Of a stretch of 64,000 nt of DNA, positions 1-10,001 are shown piece after piece. The position numbers and the translations under genes are program-made. The notes below the pieces were generated by a model. That model made no database searches, was not told where the DNA came from, and saw only the letters and a program-made list of their open reading frames with translations. The stretch is from IMG/VR virus record IMGVR_UViG_3300019889_000011, one strand, 5' to 3'. This DNA is from a virus. Numbering within the stretch: the first letter of the stretch is position 1; every line of letters starts with the position of its first letter.

Positions 1-851
1 TGATTGCAGAGGGACAGCGCAGCGGTCAAATGCAAACTGCTGGAGATAACGCTGGCGCACATCGAGGAAAACAAAGGTCGTCGTGTGGCACGACTACCTT
101 ACGCGACTTCGGTATATCACGCGACCAGTCCTCGCGGTGGCAAAGGCTCGCGGAGATACCGAAGAAAGAGTTTGACGAGGCACTTATTGCAGATGACGTA
201 CCGACGACTATCGGGGTGATGCGAACCATTGCAATTGCACATAAGAACGCCCACCGCGAGTCGGTTGCCAAGCAAGCATCGGATACCTGCACGACATCAG
301 ACCTCTCCCAGCTCGCCGGGAGAGAATTCGGAACCATCTATGCGGACCCGCCGTGGCTCTATGGCAATCAGGGCACGCGCGCATCCACCGGCAACCACTA
401 CGGCGGCATGACCGTTGATGAGATCTGCGCGCTCCCGGTCGAGGCCACGGCCTCCGCAAACGCGCACCTGCATCTCTGGACGACGAACGCGTTTCTTTTC
501 GATGCGAAGCGCGTCATGGAGGCGTGGGGCTTCGAGTATAGAAGCTGCTTCGTCTGGGTAAAGCCGCAGATGGGCATTGGCAACTACTGGCGTGTCTCCC
601 ACGAGTTCATGCTCCTTGGCGTTCGCGGTTCGGCATTGTCATTCAACAACCATTCACTCATGAGCTGGGGCCAGTTCGACCGGACGAAGCACAGCGCCAA
701 GCCGGAGGCCATCAGGGCGCAGATCGAAAGCGCCAGCCCCGGCCCCTATCTTGAGCTGTTTGGAAGAAGACCGGCAACCGGGTGGACCGTCTGGGGCAAC
801 GAGATCAAGCTCTCCATGTTCGATCAGGATTTGCAGGAGGTCGTCGCATGA
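1..851 (+). CDS. DNA N6-adenine methyltransferase, MT-A70 family (5' end lies upstream of the window)
   Basis: Motif IYADPPWLY (DPPW catalytic motif of MT-A70/Dam-like MTases). The frame is open from position 3. The N-terminal segment is duplicated at 57745-58128. Confidence 0.7.
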   Translation, partial: IAEGQRSGQMQTAGDNAGAHRGKQRSSCGTTTLRDFGISRDQSSRWQRLAEIPKKEFDEALIADDVPTTIGVMRTIAIAHKNAHRESVAKQASDTCTTSDLSQLAGREFGTIYADPPWLYGNQGTRASTGNHYGGMTVDEICALPVEATASANAHLHLWTTNAFLFDAKRVMEAWGFEYRSCFVWVKPQMGIGNYWRVSHEFMLLGVRGSALSFNNHSLMSWGQFDRTKHSAKPEAIRAQIESASPGPYLELFGRRPATGWTVWGNEIKLSMFDQDLQEVVA

Positions 852-1384
852 GCCAGTACTCATGGGAGCAAACGCTTGCAGTTGAACGCCGAGGCAACGA
901 CGTGCTGGATGCCGTGTTTGGCGCTGAGCACATCATCGTCAAGGCAACACATGCTCACCAGAGACAGAAGATTGATCGCTTTCACATCGACAAAAAAGAT
1001 GGCCGGTTGGTCTTCCGAGTCGACTACAAGGTCGATATAAAGGCCGGTGAGACTGACAATCTCGCGCTGGAAGAAGTGTCTGTGAAGAAGAACGGTAAGG
1101 TCATCCACAGAGGCTGGATTCACACCACCATCGCCGACATTGTCGTCTTCTACGTGCCTGATCGCGAGTTTGCATATGTTCTGGAAATCCCGGCGCTCAG
1201 GGAGTGCTGGCCGAATATCCAGGCGAGATTTGTTTTGCGGACCACATCGACCCTTCGCGATGGTGACAAATATGAGACCGACTTCTATGCGGTTCCAATC
1301 GCATGGCTTCGTCAGAATCACCTGATCCTAAAGGAAATTACGGTAATCGACAGCCAGATGAGACTCGCGCTGAGGCGTGCGTAA
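848..1384 (+). CDS. Hypothetical protein, translationally coupled to the MTase (ATGA overlap); possible nuclease partner
   Basis: ORF with ATG at 848 overlapping the upstream stop. No recognisable motif; an R-like partner is speculation only. Confidence 0.45.
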   Translation: MSQYSWEQTLAVERRGNDVLDAVFGAEHIIVKATHAHQRQKIDRFHIDKKDGRLVFRVDYKVDIKAGETDNLALEEVSVKKNGKVIHRGWIHTTIADIVVFYVPDREFAYVLEIPALRECWPNIQARFVLRTTSTLRDGDKYETDFYAVPIAWLRQNHLILKEITVIDSQMRLALRRA

Positions 1385-1417
1385 TGAATATTTTTAGCTC
1401 CGAAGAAAAGAGACTCT

Positions 1418-2566
1418 ATGAGTGACCAAGACCTGATAGTGCTTCCGCAGCAATCCGATGCGTCTGACGCCATCCCGCCGCTAAGCCAGTCCATGTATGA
1501 GTCGATGGCCTGCCCTGCCAGCTATCAGGCGCAGTACGTGCATGGCATCTTCTCTCCGGCGAACATCTACAGCGAACTCGGCCAGGAGGTGCACCGCTGC
1601 ATGTCCCTCTACGCCGAGCACCTGAAGGATATCGACCGCGAGGAGGATTGGGTCTTCTTCGAACGAACGCTGGCCACCTTCACCGAAGAAGCACAGAAGA
1701 TCCTCCGTGGCGTGATCGGCTCGATAATCTTCAATCCCCAAGCCATCCTCAGCACCGAGTTGCGCTTCACCGACTATGAAGATGGCGCAGGCACGCCCGA
1801 CCTGATCACGATGGAGACTTCGGTCGACGCGACGATCTGGGATTACAAGAATTACTTTGAGATGATCGAGGCCGACACCTTCCAGTCGAAGCTCTACCCT
1901 CTGCTGCTTTTCCGCCACAATCCCAATCTGGAAACGGTGCGATTCGTTCTAGTGTTTATGCGCTATGGCCGGACGCGGGAGGTCACGTGGACGCGTGACC
2001 ACGTGCCGTATCTGGAGAAGGTCCTATCAGATGCCCGCGTGCGGCAGAAGGCCATCCATGAGACGCCCGGGCTGGCACGCGCTATCCCCGGCAAGGCGTG
2101 CGACTATTGCCCGCTGTTGCGCACGATGCGGTGTCAGGTGAATGCGTGGAACCCATACGCCACGATGACCACCTCAGATCGCCTGCGTTACATCCTGTTT
2201 CTGCGCGCTGCGCTCAAGGGCAGTACGGAGATTGTCCGCAGCGCAGCGCGATTTGAGCCGGTCACGACGCAGGACGATAACGGCAAGGTCTACGAAGCCA
2301 GCTTCGTTCCAACAGAGAAGCGCACATTGCCGCTGCTCCCGACACTGACTGTGTTGCAGCAACACTTCGACGAATCCGGCGAAGACCTGTCACTCAAGGC
2401 CAACGTGTCGAAGACGTCGCTCGCCAGCCTGCGCCACGCCAAGAAGCGCGTTCTGCTCGATCAGGCGCTCACGGATATCGAGCTGGTGAAGGAGACGACC
2501 AGCTTCAAAATCACCAAAGCCAACCCGGAACAACCGGATGAGGCATACGGCGACAGCGAGAGATGA
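1418..2566 (+). CDS. PD-(D/E)xK nuclease, Cas4/RecB-like, with C-terminal Cys cluster
   Basis: GTPDLITME...IWDYK (D..E.K arrangement) and CDYCPLLRTMRC cysteine cluster. The following gene is tightly linked. Confidence 0.45.
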   Translation: MSDQDLIVLPQQSDASDAIPPLSQSMYESMACPASYQAQYVHGIFSPANIYSELGQEVHRCMSLYAEHLKDIDREEDWVFFERTLATFTEEAQKILRGVIGSIIFNPQAILSTELRFTDYEDGAGTPDLITMETSVDATIWDYKNYFEMIEADTFQSKLYPLLLFRHNPNLETVRFVLVFMRYGRTREVTWTRDHVPYLEKVLSDARVRQKAIHETPGLARAIPGKACDYCPLLRTMRCQVNAWNPYATMTTSDRLRYILFLRAALKGSTEIVRSAARFEPVTTQDDNGKVYEASFVPTEKRTLPLLPTLTVLQQHFDESGEDLSLKANVSKTSLASLRHAKKRVLLDQALTDIELVKETTSFKITKANPEQPDEAYGDSER

Positions 2567-2576
2567 GGAGCGAACG

Positions 2577-4322
2577 ATGAAGATCAACCGGGTCATATTG
2601 AAGCACATCCGCAGCCACAGCCATACCGTCATCCCGTTCGAGCGCGTCAGCTTCATTCGCGGCAAGAATAAGTCCGGCAAGACAACGGTCGCGATGGCGA
2701 TAGAGATGGTGCTGGCTGGCCGCTGCGCGGTCACCGATGAAGCTGGCAAGGGCTATGAGGAAGTCATTCAGGTGGGCCAACAGACGGGCACTGTGATCCT
2801 TGAGTGCGACACCGTCACTATCACCCTGACGCTCGACCGCAGCACCGGACGCACGCTCAAGGTACAGACCGGCGTCGGCACTACGAACGAACGAATCATG
2901 CTTGGCAAACAGGCTCAGGAGTGGATCGCCGAGAATATCGGCACCCCGGACGTAATCAACGCGACGCTCAATGCGTGGCGCTTCATGAGGCTGAGCGAGA
3001 ACGAGCAGGCATCGTTGCTGGCTCGCGTGCTTCTGCCGGCAAAATTGGAGCTTGAACCGGAGGTCAACAAGTGGCTTGCTGGCAGCAGATTATCCGTCGT
3101 CGAACGTCCTTCCTTGTTCGCAACCATCGAGGCAACCTACAAGGCTATCGCCGCTGCCCGTACCGACGTCAATCGCAAGCTGCGCGACCTGAAGGCCATC
3201 GTCGAGCCGGAGCCGACCGACGTTAGCGACAACGGCACGGTGGCCGCAGAGCTGGCCGGGAAACGTCGTGCCCTCGATGAGGAGATTGAAAGCATCGCCC
3301 GTCCTCTGACTTCGCTCCGCGAGAAGTTGTTGAACGATGAGACACGCAAGGCGCTCGAACTCAATGCACAGCTGCGAGAGCGACAGCCGCAGATACGCCT
3401 CACACTGATCGCCGAGCGTGACAACCTTGCGCGGATCGAGGATACGCTCAGCCATGCTGACGACGCCGTGTGTCCCACCTGCAAAGCGAAGCTGACACCG
3501 GAGGCGAGCAAAGCGTTTTTCGCTCCCTTCCGCGCGCGGGAGACCGAATCGAAGGCAACAATCACGCGACTGGAGAAGGAGTTGAAGTCATCCATCGACG
3601 CGGAGGTCGGCTCCAAGCAGCTGGCGGTCGACACTTCCAACCGGCAGGTGGTTCGTGACGCCGAGGGCCAGCTTGGACGATTGCGCGACCGGCTCGACTC
3701 TCTCAGCACTACCGACACCCTCGTCGCGAAGGCAGCGTTCGAAGCCAAGCACGCGGCATACGAAAAGCAAGTGAAGGAGCGCGAGCGCGCAGAGGTTCAA
3801 CTCGCCGAACTCGAAAAGCTGCTCGTGTTCTTCGGTCCTCGTGGCATCAAGGCAAAGCTAATCGCGGAGCGCCTGGACCTGTTCACGGAACACGTCAACG
3901 GCGTGCTCGACCAATGGGGATACTCGCTGGGCTTCACCATCGAGCCGTATTCGCTGCGCATCACGGAGACCGACCCAGAGACCGGCTTCGTTGGCCCGAT
4001 GCTCAGTCCCAACCAACTGAGCGCCTCTGAGTCATACCGGCTCGGCATTGCCTTCAGCATGGCGATTGCCTACTGGACCAACCTGCGTCTGCTCGTCGCA
4101 GACGGCGCGGACATTCTCGACAAGGACGACAAGTGGACGCTTGCGCAGGCGTTCCTGCAATCGGATCTGGAGCAGGCCATCATGACGTCGACCGGCATCG
4201 CAGGCACGTTTGAAGCGGCGGGCACGGCGTTCTACACACTATCGAAGTCCAACGGTGTCACAGCGCTCGAAGTGGACGCGGTTACGCCGATGGCTGAGGA
4301 GGTGGTGACCACATGCCGGTGA
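2577..4322 (+). CDS. SMC/Rad50/SbcC-like ATPase with zinc hook
   Basis: Walker A GKNKSGKT at the N-terminus, long coiled-coil middle with a CPTCKAKL CxxC hook, and a C-terminal LLVADGADILD Walker B / D-loop region. SD GAGGAG lies upstream of ATG 2577. Confidence 0.7.
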   Translation: MKINRVILKHIRSHSHTVIPFERVSFIRGKNKSGKTTVAMAIEMVLAGRCAVTDEAGKGYEEVIQVGQQTGTVILECDTVTITLTLDRSTGRTLKVQTGVGTTNERIMLGKQAQEWIAENIGTPDVINATLNAWRFMRLSENEQASLLARVLLPAKLELEPEVNKWLAGSRLSVVERPSLFATIEATYKAIAAARTDVNRKLRDLKAIVEPEPTDVSDNGTVAAELAGKRRALDEEIESIARPLTSLREKLLNDETRKALELNAQLRERQPQIRLTLIAERDNLARIEDTLSHADDAVCPTCKAKLTPEASKAFFAPFRARETESKATITRLEKELKSSIDAEVGSKQLAVDTSNRQVVRDAEGQLGRLRDRLDSLSTTDTLVAKAAFEAKHAAYEKQVKERERAEVQLAELEKLLVFFGPRGIKAKLIAERLDLFTEHVNGVLDQWGYSLGFTIEPYSLRITETDPETGFVGPMLSPNQLSASESYRLGIAFSMAIAYWTNLRLLVADGADILDKDDKWTLAQAFLQSDLEQAIMTSTGIAGTFEAAGTAFYTLSKSNGVTALEVDAVTPMAEEVVTTCR

Positions 4323-4906
4323 GCACATCGCTCCGCTTCGAGATCTTCGCTAGAGATGGATTTGTCTGCCAATACTGCGGCCATCGCCCGCCCGACGTCG
4401 TGCTCGAAGTCGACCACGTGCACCCCGTATCCAAAGGCGGGACAGATGATTCGATCAACCTCATTACAGCGTGCTTCGGTTGCAACCGAGGTAAGGCCGC
4501 AAAGGTACTCTCGAATATTGCGCCACGACCGGACGCGGACCTTGCTTACCTTCGGGAGGCTCAGATTGCCGCAGAAATGAAGCGGTTCTTGAAGACGCAA
4601 CGAGAGGCCAATAAGCAAATCGAGCTTGTCTGCCAGCACTTTCGCGAACGGTGGAGATTCTATCTTATGGAGCCGCCGCCGGACCCCGTGAAGCTCACGT
4701 TTTGGGTCAAGCGGTATGGTCCCGACGAGCTGGAAATATCTATCACGCGAGCCGGTGCAGCCTACCGTGTCGGTCGTTTCTACAACTCATACGACGCAAT
4801 CAGATACGTCGGAGGGATTCTGAAGTCCCGCGACAATGGCGGCGAACTACCACCAAAAACACCTCAACAACCACCTGTGCAGCCCGCAGCCTTCGATGAG
4901 TTCTGA
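4313..4906 (+). CDS. HNH endonuclease
   Basis: CQYCG...EVDHVHPVSKGG...NLITACFGCN (HNH motif with CxxC pairs). It overlaps the upstream ATPase gene by 10 nt (coupled). Confidence 0.75.
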   Translation: MPVSTSLRFEIFARDGFVCQYCGHRPPDVVLEVDHVHPVSKGGTDDSINLITACFGCNRGKAAKVLSNIAPRPDADLAYLREAQIAAEMKRFLKTQREANKQIELVCQHFRERWRFYLMEPPPDPVKLTFWVKRYGPDELEISITRAGAAYRVGRFYNSYDAIRYVGGILKSRDNGGELPPKTPQQPPVQPAAFDEF

Positions 4907-5753
4907 CATGGCCGCTCTTCCCTACATGCAGCTTTACGTGGCCGAGTATCTAGCCGATACGACGCACCTGAATGCTGCTCAGCACGGAGCCTACCTCCTC
5001 CTGCTGATGAACTACTGGCAACGCGGAAAGCCGCTCAGCAACGCCGACGGTCGTCTAGCGTTCGTTGCACGAATGTCACCGCAAGAGTGGGAGGAAAACC
5101 GCACCGTGATCGCAGAGTTTTTCGACGTGCAAGCTGATGAATGGATACATCATAGGGTCGAACGGGACCTTCAATTTGTCACGGAGAAATCCGGCAAAGC
5201 GAGTGCCGCTGGTAAAGCGAGTGCAGCTGCCAGATTCAACGCTCGTTCAACACCCGTTGAACAGCCGCTGAAAGAACGTTCAACCATTAAGACTTTAACA
5301 GAAGAGATTAAGACTTTAAAAGAAAGTACAAAAGCAAAGTCTATTGTGCCTACGGCACTGTCGACGGGAACCGTCGACGATCCCCCGACCTTGCTTGGGC
5401 TAGATCCTTTTGAGCCGAAGCGCACCCCAAATGAGTACGCGGTGTACTGGAACTCTCACCGAGGAACATTGCCAGCCGTCGATGTACCACTGGTCGAGAG
5501 CCGCGCTCAGAAACTCAAAGTGCGGATTCATCAAGGGCTGACGCCAGAAAAATTCCGGGAGGTGATCAGAAAAGTTCATGCGACCCCTTTCTGTCTAGGC
5601 GACAACGACCGCAGCTGGCGGGTGACGTTGGACTTCCTGATCGCCAATGACAAAAACATTTCCAAAATCCTGAAGGGTGACTACGACCGCGCTGCGAAGC
5701 CGAAGCCGGTCCGCGTCGCCATGAACAGCAACTTTAGGGAGCAGGCGCGATGA
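4896..5753 (+). CDS. YdaU/DUF1376-family phage replication-associated protein
   Basis: N-terminus LPYMQLYVAEYLADTTHLNAAQHGAYLLLLMNYWQRGKPL matches the DUF1376 signature. It sits directly upstream of the DnaB gene. Confidence 0.6.
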   Translation: MSSDMAALPYMQLYVAEYLADTTHLNAAQHGAYLLLLMNYWQRGKPLSNADGRLAFVARMSPQEWEENRTVIAEFFDVQADEWIHHRVERDLQFVTEKSGKASAAGKASAAARFNARSTPVEQPLKERSTIKTLTEEIKTLKESTKAKSIVPTALSTGTVDDPPTLLGLDPFEPKRTPNEYAVYWNSHRGTLPAVDVPLVESRAQKLKVRIHQGLTPEKFREVIRKVHATPFCLGDNDRSWRVTLDFLIANDKNISKILKGDYDRAAKPKPVRVAMNSNFREQAR

Positions 5754-7165
5754 AACAGCTTGACCATGAACGGTACATAAGCCCGGTCGACAACTACGGA
5801 ACCGAGATGACGGTGCTTGGCGCGATTCTGGTGGATAGCCACGCATACGACGAAGCAGAGTCGATCACATACAACGACTTCGGACTCAGCTCACACCGGA
5901 CCATCTTCGGGAGGATGGCCGCGATGATTTCCGATGGCAAGGTCGTCGACATCGTCACGCTGTCCGAGGAGATGCGCAAGCACCGCGAGCTTGACGCTGT
6001 CGGCGGCGTTCCCTATCTCGCCTCCCTTAGCGAAGGGCTGCCGCGTCGCCTATCCATCGAGTCGTATGTGCGGATCGTGAAGGACAGGTCGCAACGCCGG
6101 TCCCTGATGAAGCTGTGCGACCACACCGTGACGCTGGCCGAAGACGAGAGCATCGGCACCGACGAGCTGCTGACTGACACCGACATGCGGCTCATGGAGA
6201 TCAGCGCAGAGAACGAGGCGGTCCACACGGTGACGCTGGCTCAGGCGTCCGACCGGGAGTTCGAGAAGATCATCGCGGAGCGGGACTCGAACAAGAGCTT
6301 CATCGGCATCCCCACCGGCCTCGATGTGCTTGACGCCAATGTCGGAGGCTGGGTGGAGGGCGAGCTGGCCGTCATTGCCGGGAAGCCGGGGCAGGGGAAG
6401 TCGTCGGCGCTGATCCAGACCCTTGTGCAGTGCGGCATGGATCGCGTTCCGGCACACATCTTCTCGCCGGAGATGACCAAAGGCCAGATACTGCGCCGCG
6501 TTTGGGCTGCCGTGGCGTCGCTGCCGTTCCACCTGCTCACACACCCCACCTTCCTGCACAGCGCCGACGTGGGGCGTTTACGCGAAGCAATGGCCGAGGT
6601 GTCGGGTTGGCCGCTGGTGATCGACGACGACAGCAACATCACCCCCAGCCAGCTCATCTCACGCGCGCGCATCTCCAAGCGGCGAAACGGCACGCGGCTG
6701 TTCGGCGTCGACTACCTGCAAAAGATGCACTTCCTGTCGAAGCCGGAACACCGCCACATCGAGGTCAGCGATGCCGCCGTCAAGCTGGCCAACCTTGCGA
6801 AGAAGGAACACGTCGCGGTGGTGGCGCTGAGTTCGCTGACGGACAAGGGTGGCAGGGCAAGGAACGCGCCGCCGACGTTGGGCGACCTGCGCCAGTCCGG
6901 GGATATCCAGTACGAAGCGTCGACTGTGGTCTTCATCCACCGCGAGTCAGAAGAGTCGACCGAGCAGATCAAAGACGACGGCTGGATGATCATCCCCAAG
7001 CAGCGCAACGGCAAGACCGGCCAGTTCGAAGTCCGGTACAACGAGCGGCTGATGTTTGAGGCGGGGAGCCAGCAGCGGACGTTCTCGGAACAAGCGCCGC
7101 GACCCACCCCAAAGCCGCGAGCCGTGCAGTATGCAATGCCACACAAAAACGACGTTTTCGATTGA
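5750..7165 (+). CDS. dnaB: Replicative DNA helicase DnaB
   Basis: N-terminal DnaB domain, then GIPTGLDVLD...AGKPGQGKSS Walker A and a RecA-like C-terminal region (DYLQKM, SSLTDKGG). Confidence 0.85.
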   Translation: MKQLDHERYISPVDNYGTEMTVLGAILVDSHAYDEAESITYNDFGLSSHRTIFGRMAAMISDGKVVDIVTLSEEMRKHRELDAVGGVPYLASLSEGLPRRLSIESYVRIVKDRSQRRSLMKLCDHTVTLAEDESIGTDELLTDTDMRLMEISAENEAVHTVTLAQASDREFEKIIAERDSNKSFIGIPTGLDVLDANVGGWVEGELAVIAGKPGQGKSSALIQTLVQCGMDRVPAHIFSPEMTKGQILRRVWAAVASLPFHLLTHPTFLHSADVGRLREAMAEVSGWPLVIDDDSNITPSQLISRARISKRRNGTRLFGVDYLQKMHFLSKPEHRHIEVSDAAVKLANLAKKEHVAVVALSSLTDKGGRARNAPPTLGDLRQSGDIQYEASTVVFIHRESEESTEQIKDDGWMIIPKQRNGKTGQFEVRYNERLMFEAGSQQRTFSEQAPRPTPKPRAVQYAMPHKNDVFD

Positions 7166-7343
7166 TCAGCAAAGCGGGGTCCAGAGATGGCAGAGATGCA
7201 GAGCATTGAACAGGTGATACGAGCGACGGCGGAAGAGTTCGGGCACTGCCCCGGCTGGACCAAGCTGCTCGCAGATGCACTGACGGAGCTGTACACGACG
7301 CGCCGCAAGTTATCAACGGAAGAGCAACCAACGGAGGATACCA

Positions 7344-7571
7344 ATGAACCAGCCCACCATCACGCAATCTAGCGCAGAGCCAACAGTGGAGAGCCTCACC
7401 AAGCGGATAGATGTCCTCGAAAGTTTCATCCTTGATTGGATGACGAAAATTACGGCCCTCCAGCGCGACATGCTTAACACCGCCCGAGATTCCAATAACA
7501 ATGTGTTGCGAATCCTTGACCTCATGGAGGGCACGCTCGATGCCCAACCCAAATCTCCGCGACTGATGTGA
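7344..7571 (+). CDS. Small coiled-coil hypothetical protein
   Basis: ORF only. Confidence 0.3.
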   Translation: MNQPTITQSSAEPTVESLTKRIDVLESFILDWMTKITALQRDMLNTARDSNNNVLRILDLMEGTLDAQPKSPRLM

Positions 7572-7575
7572 CGAC

Positions 7576-7758
7576 ATGAATGCTCCACAGGTCTACCTCT
7601 ATCGCTGGAACCGAATGGGCCGCAAAGGTCAGCGCTGCATTGTGCTGTGTCGCGGATCGATGAATAGCTGCATGGTGCGCTTCGAAGATGGCCATGAGGC
7701 TGTGACCAGTCGGAACGCACTCGCGGAGGCCAAGCATCAGGGAGGCGACGATGGATGA
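7576..7758 (+). CDS. Small hypothetical protein
   Basis: ORF only. Confidence 0.25.
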   Translation: MNAPQVYLYRWNRMGRKGQRCIVLCRGSMNSCMVRFEDGHEAVTSRNALAEAKHQGGDDG

Positions 7759-7853
7759 GTTGAAGGTCGTCTTCGTGTTTGTGATCGTCGTCCTGTTCAT
7801 CTACTTGTTCCGCAATCCCAAAGGGTAAGGGTACTCGACAAAGAAGGTTCTCA

Positions 7854-8540
7854 ATGGCGTCGCATTCGAAAAGCAAACGAACGGACCGGGAGTTCAGCAC
7901 GAACTGCCGAACGTCAAACACTCTCGAACCGGATGGACGGGTGAATTTTATGAAAACGGAACAAGATAAACGCGCAGCTGTACTTCGCGGAAAGGAAGGA
8001 CGACGACTAAATCAGCACCCGGCATACGTGACAGCGACACACCTTATAAATTGTCAGAGCCCTTATGACCCATCCGATAGAACACTTTACGCGACGGCGA
8101 ATAATCGCCAAAACCTCCATGATCGCGATGCGCGGATCTCAACCCCGGTAATCACAATATTGGCGGCGACTATGACCATTGAAGAGATGAATGCACTCCT
8201 TCGGCAATCGAACTCGGAAGTAGACGAATCAGTCAGGGCCCTCAACGCAGCTTGGAACAAGGTCAGTGCGATGAAAGAGCTTCTGATCCCCGAGCTACTC
8301 AACATAACAAAACAAATCCAGCAGTCACGCATGACGACCGAACGCGAGATGAACTCCACACTGGAGTGGCTAAAAACTGTGCGTCAGTTCTTTCTGGAGA
8401 AAGACTATGACGCAGAGATGGCGAGGATGCATTCGTTCATCTCCCTCTGTAAAGACATTCAGGCGCTCAAGGATGCCGGTACGCTCGATGCGGTCGCGGA
8501 CCTAGCAATCAAGCTGGCGGTGCAGGAGGTGGCGTCATGA
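7854..8540 (+). CDS. Hypothetical protein in AT-rich segment (start uncertain)
   Basis: ORF in a region of conspicuously lower GC than its surroundings. No motif recognised. Confidence 0.35.
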   Translation: MASHSKSKRTDREFSTNCRTSNTLEPDGRVNFMKTEQDKRAAVLRGKEGRRLNQHPAYVTATHLINCQSPYDPSDRTLYATANNRQNLHDRDARISTPVITILAATMTIEEMNALLRQSNSEVDESVRALNAAWNKVSAMKELLIPELLNITKQIQQSRMTTEREMNSTLEWLKTVRQFFLEKDYDAEMARMHSFISLCKDIQALKDAGTLDAVADLAIKLAVQEVAS

Positions 8541-8605
8541 AAGGTCGCGCATTGAGACGTGCATTGATAACGAGCGATGCAATCCGCATAAATTCAGAGG
8601 TGCCG

Positions 8606-9292
8606 ATGATAACTGACACGACTGAGCTTATCTCTCCTGACGACGCAAAGGAGATGCTCAAGCGAAACGCGGCTAATCGACCTGTGAACTGGAACAAAGT
8701 CGATGAGTTCGCACAAATTATGCGACGTGGAGAATGGCAACTCCATCCGCAAGGAATCATCCTTGACCCGAATGGCAACATTCTCACTGGCCAGACTCGG
8801 TTATGGGCTATCGTTCACTCCGGTGTATCGATCTACATGCGAGTGAGTCGCGGGAGTCCAGCCGAGACCGCATTCGTAATAGACAGGGGGAGACCACAGT
8901 CTTCGCGCGACCTGTCTACACGTCGAACCGAACGCAAGCACAGTCCCATTGAGGCCAGCATTGCGCGGTGCATCTGCGTGCTCAGGGGACAGCAAAAGCC
9001 TTCCGTCGACGAGATCGCTGAGGTGATCGTAGAGAAGAACACCATCCTCTCAAACGTCTTGAAGCAGTGCGCAGGCGCAAAGAAAGATAAAGCGATGCTC
9101 ATGATCCTTGGCGCAATCGCTGAAACTTGCACCGACGTAGAAGGTGCGTCCTCACTAGCAAAGAAGTCCCGAATTTTTGCTGACCAGTTGGAGCGCGCGC
9201 TCCTCCCTTACTCCGTACAGTCATGCTGGGGCCGAGGCGTTAGCTTCGGGATGGCTATGCAGAAGGCACAGGAAACAATACAGCGGACATGA
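8606..9292 (+). CDS. ParB/Srx-like nuclease-domain protein
   Basis: HPQGIILDPNGNILTGQTRLWAIVHSG resembles the ParB N-terminal GxxR/DGxHR region. An SD-like AGAGG lies upstream of ATG 8606. Confidence 0.5.
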   Translation: MITDTTELISPDDAKEMLKRNAANRPVNWNKVDEFAQIMRRGEWQLHPQGIILDPNGNILTGQTRLWAIVHSGVSIYMRVSRGSPAETAFVIDRGRPQSSRDLSTRRTERKHSPIEASIARCICVLRGQQKPSVDEIAEVIVEKNTILSNVLKQCAGAKKDKAMLMILGAIAETCTDVEGASSLAKKSRIFADQLERALLPYSVQSCWGRGVSFGMAMQKAQETIQRT

Positions 9293-9807
9293 TCACCCTC
9301 AAACAATTCAACGACAGCACCAGCCTCAAGCGTCGCCACATGGCCGAACGACTGAAGGAGAAGGTGTGGAAGAGCGGAAAGCGTGAAGGCAAGGTACGAC
9401 GCGCGAAACGCGAACTGCCATTCACTTTGCAAGAGTTCCGCGCATGGGTCATGGAGCGCATGGGACTTGGGGCGAAGCGCTGCTTCTACTGTCCGCGTCC
9501 CATCGATTGCCTCAGCTTCGAGCCAGACCACTACATGCCGCTGGAGCTTGGCGGCGGTGTTGGCCTCGACAACCTCGTCGACTGTTGTGAGGACTGCAAC
9601 CGGCTGAAGGGCGCGATGCCACCTGATGATTTCATTCTGCTAATGGCGTTCATGGATACAAACATCTCTGCGGCGGGCCGCAACGATATCAAAAAGCGGC
9701 TGCGGGCTGGCGCGATGGGAATACGTCAGCGTCACTTTCCCGGAGAGAAGAAGCCACCGCAGCGAGTCGAGCCGGTCGCTGCGACCAAGGAACTGGACTT
9801 TTTCTAA
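9289..9807 (+). CDS. HNH endonuclease
   Basis: CFYCP...EPDHYMPLELGG...NLVDCCEDCNRLKG. Confidence 0.7.
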   Translation: MITLKQFNDSTSLKRRHMAERLKEKVWKSGKREGKVRRAKRELPFTLQEFRAWVMERMGLGAKRCFYCPRPIDCLSFEPDHYMPLELGGGVGLDNLVDCCEDCNRLKGAMPPDDFILLMAFMDTNISAAGRNDIKKRLRAGAMGIRQRHFPGEKKPPQRVEPVAATKELDFF

Positions 9808-10001
9808 GGAGAATTACCGATGGATTTAGTCGTCAGCAAGCTTGAGATGGAGTGGGTTTTGACTAGCCTCGAACGAGGCGCTCCGATGAGTTTGTGTATC
9901 ACCAAGCATCACGTTGATGGAACGAAGGCCGAGCTACTTCTTAGCGAAGCTGAGACGACCATCCTGTCTCAACTCATCACAACCAGAAAGGACAAAGCAA
10001 C

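Noticed and set aside
3137-3748. 203-aa Ser/Arg-rich minus-strand ORF
   Set aside because: Antisense shadow of the SMC-like ATPase gene in GC-rich DNA; low-complexity composition.
6050-7344. Long minus-strand ORFs (6050-6559, 6241-6693, 6712-7344) inside the DnaB region
   Set aside because: Antisense to a confidently identified dnaB; typical high-GC shadow ORFs.
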